Positions 55,683 to 64,000 of a DNA stretch of 64,000 bases are shown piece after piece (positions within the stretch are counted from its first letter, which is position 1; each line of letters starts with the position of its first letter). The position numbers were made by a program, and so were the translations under genes. The stretch is from Candidatus Thorarchaeota archaeon. GTDB taxonomy: Archaea; Asgardarchaeota; Thorarchaeia; Thorarchaeales; Thorarchaeaceae. The notes under the pieces were generated by a model. That model was not told the origin of the DNA, did no database searches, and saw only the letters and a program-made list of their open reading frames with translations. The stretch covers positions 64,001 to 128,000 of the forward strand of contig CAVSBO010000008.1 in NCBI GenBank assembly GCA_963726195.1, in the 5' to 3' direction.

Positions 55683-56610
55683 ATGAAGGAGTCAAGTTTC
55701 GGAGTTCTAAAGGATGACTTGGGCATTAGTTTCAGATTTGCAGCTGAGGAACATCATTTCGTTTGTCTTGGGAATGCTGGGCGTTCTGGTTGTGGCTTTT
55801 ACTCTCATGATGGTGTTAGCGATGATTATATTCGTTCCCATCGTATTGGGCCTAATCTCAGGATTGGGAATGGAGGGAATGATTCAGTTCTTCACATCTT
55901 TCGCGACGACTTGGTCCACTCCCCAAGGGGCCCTGATGTTTGGTGCGTTCATGCTACTTGCAATGTTCATTCTTGGTCCTTTCTTTGTTGCCTTTGGCGC
56001 ACTCTTCGGTATGGCTCGGGAAATAGTCGAAAGCGAGGGAACAACTGCCGGGGGCGTTTTTGCGTGGTACAGAAAGAGGTTCTTCTCTCTTGCAGGAGGC
56101 GGAATCATTCTTTTCACCATTGTCTTGGGGCCGATGATACCGTTGTTCATATGGGTCCCTGGCTTCGCTACCGGCTCATTCGTTGGGCCTACTGCTGCTA
56201 TACTCACAGCTGCTTTCACCCTCTGGGTCATTGTAAGCGCCGGAATGCTGTCGCTGCTATTCCCTGGGATAATCGATGGGCTTTCTGCGCTGGGTGCAGC
56301 GAAGCAATCTCTCAGATTGAGTTGGCGATACTTCGACCGGGTCTTCAGCACGTGGTTGTCTTTCGTCGGGATTCTCCTAGTTACGTTTGTTCCGGCTATA
56401 GTTGTGCCCATGTTTCTAGGGTACAGTGGTCCTTGGGTTGCTGCCTTAGGCACGTTTTCGGGTATCATGGCCATAGTAGACGTGGTTCTGGTTGTGCCAG
56501 CAATGGCAATCGCGCTGAGCAGAGTGTACTTGATTCTCACAGACAACGTTGGAGGAGCCGATACTGTTTCCTCGGAGCGACCTGACTTCAGACTTGTTGG
56601 TGGTGTCTAA
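55683..56610 (+). CDS. Multi-TM membrane protein, paralog of upstream gene (frameshift near 55745)
   Basis: FGVLKDDL..SF..A N-terminus and A.KQSLRL....FDRVF shared with the previous gene. Confidence 0.7.
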
Positions 56611-56612
56611 GA

Positions 56613-57257
56613 GTGGAGCAACCACAGCGAGTAGAGCCGATGAAGGACCTTGAGGTCATAACCGACCCCAGCGTCTTCAAGGTTCTGCTTGAGCCAGTAA
56701 GAGCTGACATTGTGTTCAAGTTCTTGGTCAATGGCGCGATGACTGTCAAGCAGCTGGCAGATGCGCTCGGCAAGAACCCCGGGACTATACTGCATCATAT
56801 AGATGCGCTGAAGAAAGCAGGGTTAGTTGTCCAAGAACGAACACAACTCACGCCAACAGGAATAGTTCAACGTTACTATCGTGCTACCGCAAGAGAGTAC
56901 CGCATGGGTCTTGGTGAGATGATGCAGGCGGATGATGGAGTAGCACGTTTCGCAAAGGAACGTCTCAAGTCTACGGTCTCGTGTCTCTCGGCTTATGGCA
57001 TTGAGATACCAGAGTCTCAGAGTGAACGGGCCATAGACATGCTCGGTCGACTGATCGAACGAGAGAACGTGGTAACTTCGAATATTCCTATCTTGGATGA
57101 GAAGGCGTACCGCAAGCTCCCTTCTTCAGTCAGGAGTGACGCATCGCGAATCATGCGTCGGTTTGCATTGGAAGAGGATTCGCAATATCGAGACCTGAGA
57201 AAGAAGTGGCACAGCTTCCTTCGGTCAAATCAAAAAGGTGGTATGAAGAATGAGTGA
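56613..57257 (+). CDS. ArsR-type wHTH transcriptional regulator
   Basis: MTVKQLADALGKNPGTILHHIDALKKAGLV...RYYRA. Confidence 0.85.
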   Translation: MEQPQRVEPMKDLEVITDPSVFKVLLEPVRADIVFKFLVNGAMTVKQLADALGKNPGTILHHIDALKKAGLVVQERTQLTPTGIVQRYYRATAREYRMGLGEMMQADDGVARFAKERLKSTVSCLSAYGIEIPESQSERAIDMLGRLIERENVVTSNIPILDEKAYRKLPSSVRSDASRIMRRFALEEDSQYRDLRKKWHSFLRSNQKGGMKNE

Positions 57258-58008
57258 ATATCATAGGAATACGGGAATGGTTGTATGTATAATCGCAGTA
57301 CTTGCGGTCGGAGCAATCACCGTGGGTGGTCTGACATACTTAGGCTCGACTGGATGGTGGGGAAACTTCAATCCAGCGAAAACTACCTTCACATTCCATG
57401 CTGACGTGGGCAACACCACGGGGGCAGTGCTTCTCGACGTGAAGCTGGCGGCCGGAGGTCTCACCCTGCAATTCGTTGACAATTCTTCACTTCTGTACAG
57501 GATGTCAGTCGTAGTGCAGAACAGCACTCTACAACAATACGGTCCTCCGGCAGTCACCTTCGCTGGAAACAAGATTGCTCTTGACTACACAGCCGCGGGT
57601 GTAAACGTCACCCTAGGTACTGGTGTGAGGTATGCCATTCATGGAAACGTGACCGCAGGTGGCATCTCAGCCACTCTGAATCATGGAGCACGCCTAGCCA
57701 ATATGTCATTGACCTCATCGGCCGGAGGTATCACAGTTGTGACGACCAATCAGATTGTGGTCACAGGAAACGTTCCGGTTGACCTACACACGACTGCTGG
57801 CGGCATTTCCGTTAACGTTGGTCTTCCCACCGGCGTAGGGGGTAGCTTCGACGCCACAGTCACCGCGGGAGGCATCAGCGTGAACGCCCCAAGCTGGACT
57901 CACGTGACACAGAATCACTATGAAACAGCCAACTACAACTCAGCATCAGACAAAGTGACTATAACAGCTGCCACAAACTCCGGCGGAATATCCGCGAATC
58001 TAAGCTAA
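57250..58008 (+). CDS. Membrane-anchored beta-strand repeat protein (DUF4097/adhesin-like)
   Basis: Repeated (T/S)AGGISV motifs after an N-terminal TM. Confidence 0.7.
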   Translation: MSEYHRNTGMVVCIIAVLAVGAITVGGLTYLGSTGWWGNFNPAKTTFTFHADVGNTTGAVLLDVKLAAGGLTLQFVDNSSLLYRMSVVVQNSTLQQYGPPAVTFAGNKIALDYTAAGVNVTLGTGVRYAIHGNVTAGGISATLNHGARLANMSLTSSAGGITVVTTNQIVVTGNVPVDLHTTAGGISVNVGLPTGVGGSFDATVTAGGISVNAPSWTHVTQNHYETANYNSASDKVTITAATNSGGISANLS

Positions 58009-58074
58009 CCGTTGTTTGGAAGGGGAGGCTTTGGCTATGCCTCCTCACATTTTTCTTGTTTGGTTTCTGGCCAA

Positions 58075-59097
58075 CTAGGTGAGCTGACTGCGAACCATTT
58101 TGCTGGCAATGGCCTGCGCCTTGATTGCGTCTTCTGTCCCGAATGATGGTATCTTCCCGTGGAGTACGCAGTCGACGAAGTAGGAGTCAATCTGATAATG
58201 ACCCCACACTTTGGTTCCTTTTTCCTCGAACGTCCATTCTTCTTTCTCAAGGTTTTCCCCTATCAACGTCAATGAATTGTTCGACTTTGCTTGCAGTGTC
58301 TTGCCGTTGCTCCCATAGACCTCCAGAATACTCATCCCCATTCCCGGTGCGACAGTCGAACCATAATGCAATGTCCCAACAGCACCATCTGCCAGCTCGA
58401 TGATACCCACTGTCTGATACCCCTTAAAGCTCTCAAGCCCATCTACCGGAGCATAGTTAGCCGCCCAATGAGCGTTCCTGATTTCGGTACCAAGAAGCCA
58501 TCTGACAAGGTCAATGGACCACACTGAGAGGGTAAAATCGGGAAAGCCGCCGCTCTTCTTCGCGTCCCAAGCCCACGACGTCGACGGCCATTGGTCTGCG
58601 AGATCCTTGGCCGCGATGAATTCCGTGAATGAGACCGCGATTGGTTTTCCGATGGCTCCTCGATCGATGAGGTCCTTCGCCATCACGAAGTTAGGTGTGA
58701 ATCGGAAGTTGAGTACTGGCATCAATAGTACTCCCTTCTTCTCAGCCAGCAATCCCATTTTTCTCGCCTGAGGGATCGTGGTTGCCAGAGGCATCTCGCA
58801 GAGAACGTGCTTGCCCCTTGAGATAGCTTGGGATGCCATCTCAAAATGCTCTGGTGTCGGTACTGCGAGCACGACCGCATGAATCCTAGGGTCGTCCAGA
58901 GCCTCTGCGTAGTCAAGGTAGCAACAGAATCCGTGCTTCTCAGCGAGTTCCTTCGCCGCCTGCTCGCTCCTATGGCCGGGTCGACCAACTATGCCAACAA
59001 CCTCTGCGCCTGGTATCTTTCTGAACGAAGGGACATGAGCACGTTCTCCCACGAAACCTAGTCCTGCAATAGCCACCCCGATTTTCTTCTCTGACAT
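58075..59097 (-). CDS. Gfo/Idh/MocA oxidoreductase
   Basis: GLGFVG, H...A..AI..GKHVLCEMP, NFRF. Confidence 0.9.
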   Translation of the reverse strand: MSEKKIGVAIAGLGFVGERAHVPSFRKIPGAEVVGIVGRPGHRSEQAAKELAEKHGFCCYLDYAEALDDPRIHAVVLAVPTPEHFEMASQAISRGKHVLCEMPLATTIPQARKMGLLAEKKGVLLMPVLNFRFTPNFVMAKDLIDRGAIGKPIAVSFTEFIAAKDLADQWPSTSWAWDAKKSGGFPDFTLSVWSIDLVRWLLGTEIRNAHWAANYAPVDGLESFKGYQTVGIIELADGAVGTLHYGSTVAPGMGMSILEVYGSNGKTLQAKSNNSLTLIGENLEKEEWTFEEKGTKVWGHYQIDSYFVDCVLHGKIPSFGTEDAIKAQAIASKMVRSQLT

Positions 59098-59211
59098 CCG
59101 TCCATCACTTCTTTCTTGAAATCCCTCAATAGACTAGGTAGCTCAATCTTCCTCTACACCTCAACGAAACATTGCAGGAGCCGGGTACATCCATTCAAGC
59201 CTCAAGAAGGG

Positions 59212-59796
59212 TCATGCCAGATGCACGGCGAACTTGCACTCCTTAGCCCCTGACACCACTGACTCTATGACCTCGACTTTTGGCTTCTTGCCAAGATATG
59301 CCTGCCATATCTCCTCGACAAACCCTCTCGAGCATTGACAGTAGGTTCGCGATACTGTCTGGTCATTGGGAAGCCCCTTGAGCAGACCGCAGAAGCATCG
59401 CACTCCTTGGCCGAAGGAACTTGGCGTGAAGTAGTGGTAGACCATGTTACCTTTTCTTTCAATTCTGGAAGCCTTCCCGGCTGTCTTCTCCTCAGCTGCT
59501 AGGAAATCGTCCAGAGACTTGTACTTCTGTCGCTTCTTTCGGGCATTCTCTATGGTGCTTTTGTGTGCTTGCGCACAGTCATGACCACACCTAACCATGA
59601 TTTCGTTTCTGGTCTCAGGTTTCACGAGACTGTCAAGTCTGTTGATCGCACCTTTTACCCAGAGTGCCACATCCTCGCTGGAGGCCTTTTCAATCGTATC
59701 GCTACCTACCATGAACTTCTTTCGGACATCCTCTCCGGCCAGCAGAGAGATGTTCTTGGCTATCTCTTCAACCATTCCCAGTTCACGTTTCGTCAT
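59212..59796 (-). CDS. DUF6144/V4R-like Cys-containing protein
   Basis: CGHDCA, CFC, YCQCSRG, SVVSGAKEC.F. Confidence 0.7.
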   Translation of the reverse strand: MTKRELGMVEEIAKNISLLAGEDVRKKFMVGSDTIEKASSEDVALWVKGAINRLDSLVKPETRNEIMVRCGHDCAQAHKSTIENARKKRQKYKSLDDFLAAEEKTAGKASRIERKGNMVYHYFTPSSFGQGVRCFCGLLKGLPNDQTVSRTYCQCSRGFVEEIWQAYLGKKPKVEVIESVVSGAKECKFAVHLA

Positions 59797-59939
59797 ATGG
59801 GCACCACCAGAGGCTCTTCGTGGAAGGTCGGCCATTCCCCTTTTTTGCTTATTCCCGACTCGAGCATTGTGCCATATGCATATGCTTATAACTAATGCAC
59901 AATAGTTAACCACAGTGGATTGGAATCCACGGATGTGAA

Positions 59940-60347
59940 ATGATGAAGAACATAGTTGAGACAGTGACCGCAGCTGGAAGCTTCAAGACACTGCTGAAGG
60001 CTGCTCAGGCCGCAGGACTAGTGGACACTCTTACCAAGGGTGGACCTTTCACAGTCTTTGCACCAAGTGACGAAGCATTTGCAAAGCTGCCTGCTGGCAC
60101 AATCGATGGATTGCTTAAGGACAAGAAGAAGCTGACTGCAGTACTGACCTATCACGTCGTACCCGGCAAGATCATGGCAAAGGATGTCATGAAACTGAGA
60201 AAGGCGAAGACTGTTCAAGGTCAGGAGATAACAATCGACACAAAGGCTGGCGTTAAGGTGGACAATGCCAAGGTCGTCAAGACAGATATTGAGGCAACCA
60301 ACGGCGTCATCCACGTCATTGACACAGTCATCATGCCGAAATTGTGA
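59940..60347 (+). CDS. Fasciclin (FAS1) domain protein
   Basis: [27 protein letters not shown]. Confidence 0.93.
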   Translation: MMKNIVETVTAAGSFKTLLKAAQAAGLVDTLTKGGPFTVFAPSDEAFAKLPAGTIDGLLKDKKKLTAVLTYHVVPGKIMAKDVMKLRKAKTVQGQEITIDTKAGVKVDNAKVVKTDIEATNGVIHVIDTVIMPKL

Positions 60348-60364
60348 TAGCAGAGCTTTGAGAG

Positions 60365-60406
60365 ATTCAGGGTTTCGTGAACCCTGGATCATCACTCTAT
60401 TTTTTC
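60365..60406 (+). terminator. Hairpin + T-run terminator
   Basis: GATTCAGGGTT...AACCCTGGATC followed by TTTTTT. Confidence 0.55.
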
Positions 60407-60574
60407 TGTTATAATCGGAGTGTCTCTTCTTAGGTCTGTCACATCAAGAGAATGGATGGATTGACTCATACGAATACCGTTCATTCGAATGATTCGTCAG
60501 ACTGAGCGTTTATTAGATGGCTACTCACATCTGTCACTCACTGGTTGATTCATTCCAGCGCGTGGTGAACAGAT

Positions 60575-61210
60575 ATGATGTATTCATGGAAGAGGATTGG
60601 AGCACTCTGTGGAATACTTGGCGGGATTCTGTTCGTCATAATCACGTTCTTGATTATGCTCATCTATCCCGGCGGGTACTCCTTTTTGGGCAACTACTTC
60701 AGCGAGTTGGGTTTGACCGTGACGAATGGTCAGCCATCAATGGCGGATTACTACCTGTTTTCTATTGCATGCACATCAGCTGCAGTGTGCATTGTGTTAT
60801 TCATGTTGTCCATGCGAACTGTTTTCGTTGAAACACCTTTGCTGAAGTACCTCAGTTGGCTGGGCACGATGCTGGGCATTGTAGCCGCACCCTTCCTATC
60901 TTCATTGGCACTCTTCGCAGGCAATGTGTTTCCATATCAGCATGGTTGGTCGACCATCTTGTTTTTCGTGTTGTACTCGATAGCGATTGTGGTGTACTCG
61001 ATTGCCATTCTGTTCAACAAGAGTTACAACAGACTCTATTCGCTTGTCGGCTTCATTGTGGCAGCCATTTGCCTGTTGTACATCTTCTGGCTCGGGTCTG
61101 CTTGGATGCAGAAGCTGGCAGTCTATGCTCTCGTGCTGTGGTCAGCATTCCAAGGCTATAGGTTATTGCAGCTGTTCGGTCAAACCAAGGCGCCGTCTTC
61201 TGCAAGCTGA
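60575..61210 (+). CDS. DUF998-like membrane protein
   Basis: YPGGYSF..NYFSELG; five or six TMs. Confidence 0.7.
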   Translation: MMYSWKRIGALCGILGGILFVIITFLIMLIYPGGYSFLGNYFSELGLTVTNGQPSMADYYLFSIACTSAAVCIVLFMLSMRTVFVETPLLKYLSWLGTMLGIVAAPFLSSLALFAGNVFPYQHGWSTILFFVLYSIAIVVYSIAILFNKSYNRLYSLVGFIVAAICLLYIFWLGSAWMQKLAVYALVLWSAFQGYRLLQLFGQTKAPSSAS

Positions 61211-61320
61211 CAGCCTGAAGCGCTGTTCCGAAAAGGAAAGGCCGATTGGCGGAGTCTTCCGTGTCAACGGGAAATCGCTCTGCTATCGGTCCCTTCCCTT
61301 GAGATGTTTACCAGGGTCTT

Positions 61321-62688
61321 CTAGCCTTGTTGGTATTTGACAATGGCATTGGCTCTCATCGAATCGCGAGCAGTGGTGTACTCTGTGTTCAGTGTGCCAT
61401 CCATCAACGAGGCATAAGCTGTCATGTCGAAGTGGCCGTGCCCTGAGAGATTGAAGAGAATCACTGTCTTCTCGCTTTTCTCCTTTGCTTCAAGAGCTAG
61501 GTCGAATACTGCTTTTATGGCATGAGATGATTCGGGAGCAGGCACGATACCTTCTGTCCTTGCGAAACTGGCTCCTGCGTTCAAGGCATCGACTTGATCG
61601 TAAGCTCTAGGTGTGACCCTGCCTTCCTGTATGAGCGCACTCAGCGTTGGAGCTGACCCGTGATATCGCAAGCCGCCGGCATGTATCTTCGGCGGAATGA
61701 AGTTTGCACCGAGAGTGTACATCTTCAACTTGGGTGTCAAGCCAGCAGTGTCTCCAAAGTCGTAGCGGTATTCGCCTTCAGTGAGCTTAGGGCAAGCCTG
61801 AGCTTCGGCGGCAATGAACTCTGTGTCCTTGAATTTGGGGTCGGCGATAAACGGATATGACAAACCCGCAAAGTTACTGCCACCACCAACGCAGCCGACT
61901 ACATAGTCTGGTTTTGTGTCAATCAGCTCCAGCTGCTTCTTGGCTTCTTGCCCAATGACTGTCTGATGGAGTAGTACGTGGTTAAGGACCGATCCAAGAG
62001 TGTATTTCGTATTCTCGCTGCCAAGCGCATCTTCAAGCGCTTCACTGATTGCGATCCCCAGTGACCCGGGGTGTCCTGGCTGTTCTCGGTTGAGTTTTCT
62101 TCCAAACTCGGTCCTTTCAGAGGGGCTAGGTACAACTTCTGCTCCGTAGAGTCTCATCAGAGTTCCGCGGTATGCTTTCTGCTCGTAGCTAATCCTTACC
62201 ATGTAGATCATTGCCTTGAGACCGAAATGCGAACAGGCAAGGGCGACGGCACTGCCCCATTGACCTGCACCTGTCTCGGTTGTGTATCGTTCCACTCCCT
62301 CTTTCATGGCGTAGTAGCATTGCGCCAACGCGGTATTCGTCTTGTGACTCCCAGTCGGAGAAACGTCCTCCCTCTTGTAGTAGATTCTGGCCGGGGTCTT
62401 CAGCATAGCTTCAAGTCCGTATGCTCTCTGAAGTGGGGTCGGCCTTCCGAAACGGATCATTGCTTCCCTCACTTCGTCAGGGATAGGTATGGTCTTTTGT
62501 TGGGAGACCTCCTGTCGCACGCACTCTCTTGCGAATATCCTCATCAGTGCCTCGGGGTTGACGGGCTCTTCCGTCCTCGGATCTATCGGAGGTGGAAGGG
62601 GGTTCTGCAAATAGGGAACTATGTTCACGAAGCTCTTTGGTGTGTCATCTGGATCCAGCATGATCCTGACTTGCTGTTTTGTCATCAA
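61321..62688 (-). CDS. trpB2: Tryptophan synthase beta chain 2 (TrpB2)
   Basis: [53 protein letters not shown]. Confidence 0.95.
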   Translation of the reverse strand: MMTKQQVRIMLDPDDTPKSFVNIVPYLQNPLPPPIDPRTEEPVNPEALMRIFARECVRQEVSQQKTIPIPDEVREAMIRFGRPTPLQRAYGLEAMLKTPARIYYKREDVSPTGSHKTNTALAQCYYAMKEGVERYTTETGAGQWGSAVALACSHFGLKAMIYMVRISYEQKAYRGTLMRLYGAEVVPSPSERTEFGRKLNREQPGHPGSLGIAISEALEDALGSENTKYTLGSVLNHVLLHQTVIGQEAKKQLELIDTKPDYVVGCVGGGSNFAGLSYPFIADPKFKDTEFIAAEAQACPKLTEGEYRYDFGDTAGLTPKLKMYTLGANFIPPKIHAGGLRYHGSAPTLSALIQEGRVTPRAYDQVDALNAGASFARTEGIVPAPESSHAIKAVFDLALEAKEKSEKTVILFNLSGHGHFDMTAYASLMDGTLNTEYTTARDSMRANAIVKYQQG

Positions 62689-62827
62689 TGATTCCTCACA
62701 TTTGTGCTTCCCAAGGACGGCATCCCGTCTGGCCGCTCATGATGGCAATGGCATTCGTTTGGCCGACCATCGAACTGACTAGCCACGGAAGAAAGGAAGC
62801 CGCCAAGAATCACCGCGTGAGCAGTAT

Positions 62828-62890
62828 CTACAAAACGAGCTGAATGGGTCGCTTCAGACCCCTTCCCCATTGGTAGGGACGCACGCTCAT
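62828..62890 (-). promoter_or_regulatory. Candidate leader peptide uORF (MSVRPYQWGRGLKRPIQLVL) upstream of trpB2
   Basis: GAGGTGA SD at 62900-62906, TTATAA box at ~62939-62944, one Trp codon. Confidence 0.35.
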
Positions 62891-63011
62891 CGCGGTTTTT
62901 CACCTCAGGACTAGGTTCAGTGGTCCACGATGGTCGTCTTATAAGCATTGTGCATAATCGTACATTAATGTACATATGTGTGCATCAACCGAACTGCCAC
63001 ACTTCTTTCAT

Positions 63012-63240
63012 AAAGAAGCGCCGCGAGAAGACCCCCAACTTCAGTCGGGGGAGGAAACGCCGCCACGGGATATACGAGTTTAAATGTGAGCTTGAGAAGT
63101 GAAATATCGTATCCGACCGTGGCAATGCTGTGGTCGGGAGGGCGCATGTCAACCGCCCGAATGTCGCGCGAAATGACGAGGTAGAGTTCCTACCGCGGAT
63201 CGCAGTGGCAAGCCTACGACTTTGGTCGCGGGTAGTTGGC
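63012..63240 (+). mobile_element. Non-autonomous IS200/IS605 mini-element (left end + promoter + omega-RNA), copy 2
   Basis: TTCAT at 63007-63011; left-end hairpin CCCCCAACTTCAGTCGGGGG; right end GCCTACGACTTTGGTCGCGGGTAGTTGGC. Confidence 0.85.
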
Positions 63241-63283
63241 CTTTCCACAATGCTCAAGCCAATAGAATCTCAAAACGGTTCAC

Positions 63284-64000
63284 GTGCCATCGACTGATCA
63301 AGGCCCTGTTCGCTATGCGGTTCGGGGAGCCAGTGGGGAGTTTGAGCCCCCTTTTCCCATGAGTCCTGAGCAATTAACAAACGGAACGCGCAAGACCGTA
63401 TGCAAGACAGTTGATAAGACCCCGCTCAGGAAGTACACCAGCTTCTACGCTGTTGGCGTCTACGGAGGCATAGCCACTGCCTATTCGGTCGGATGCAACT
63501 TTCGATGTGTGTTCTGCTGGGTGGACTGGTCACGTGACTGGCCCGAAAGATACGGTGGATTCTATTCACCTCAAGAAGTCTACACGAGATTAAGACAAGT
63601 GATGAAGGAGCGGCGTTTCAGAAGGGCAAGAGTGAGCGGCGCAGAACCCACACTATGCCCTGACCATATCTGTTCAATACTGGACTTGGTTCATCAGGAC
63701 TCAAGCGAGTTCGATTTGTTTGTCATTGAGACAAATGGGGTAGTTCTCGGAATGGAACCCGATCTTGCTCCTCGCTTGGCTCGTTATGCCTCAAGAGACC
63801 CGTCGGACGGGACTGTGGGACATGTTCGGCTGTCGATTAGAGGCGGACTTCCTCAGCCTTTCGAGGAGAAGACAGGTTGCAGTCGTGAGTTCCTTGACCT
63901 GCCATTCGTAGCTGCAGAACGACTATGGGATGCTGGAGTCTCATTCCATGTGGCCGTTGTCGTCGACCCCCGATTCACTTCGCAGAGGGAGAAGGATACT
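63284..64000 (+). CDS. Radical SAM protein (archaeal uncharacterised family), partial
   Basis: YGGIATAYSVGCNFRCVFCW; RVSGAEP; IETNG; start uncertain. Confidence 0.85.
   Translation, partial: MPSTDQGPVRYAVRGASGEFEPPFPMSPEQLTNGTRKTVCKTVDKTPLRKYTSFYAVGVYGGIATAYSVGCNFRCVFCWVDWSRDWPERYGGFYSPQEVYTRLRQVMKERRFRRARVSGAEPTLCPDHICSILDLVHQDSSEFDLFVIETNGVVLGMEPDLAPRLARYASRDPSDGTVGHVRLSIRGGLPQPFEEKTGCSREFLDLPFVAAERLWDAGVSFHVAVVVDPRFTSQREKDT

Overview
Archaeal genomic window, most likely from an Asgard (Thorarchaeia-like) genome. This is inferred from an archaeal uS19, archaeal TATA/SD signals, an LRR-wHTH protein, and DPM2-like and PIG-N-like proteins. Many ordinary genes are broken by single-base indels, and a 1.5-kb poly-T/poly-C tract is present, so the assembly looks like unpolished long-read sequence. 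Most of the window is housekeeping/metabolic (uS19, PMM/PGM, EtfAB, ABC exporters, Nth, radical SAMs, TrpB2). The notable content is mobile and RNA-guided. (1) A ~7.6-kb IS607-like element (42587-50223) splits an SDR gene at a GGT core and has 10-bp AAGTTGGACA-type repeats at both ends. It has no recognisable transposase. It encodes a ~680-aa TnpB/Cas12f-like RuvC nuclease with all three catalytic motifs, divergent from a ~1700-aa unknown protein with RecB/Cas4-like PD-(D/E)xK motifs. (2) Two ~230-bp, ~90% identical, protein-free IS200/IS605 mini-elements both sit after TTCAT and look like promoter + omega-RNA guide cassettes. (3) A decayed IS605 element has its tnpB split by a 604-bp GG-flanked DUF1801 cassette. 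Further candidates are a 122-nt structured ncRNA, a Trp-codon leader ORF upstream of trpB2, and an M+S restriction-modification locus partly hidden by the homopolymer. No CRISPR array, rRNA or complete tRNA was seen. All family assignments come from manual motif recognition; no searches were run.
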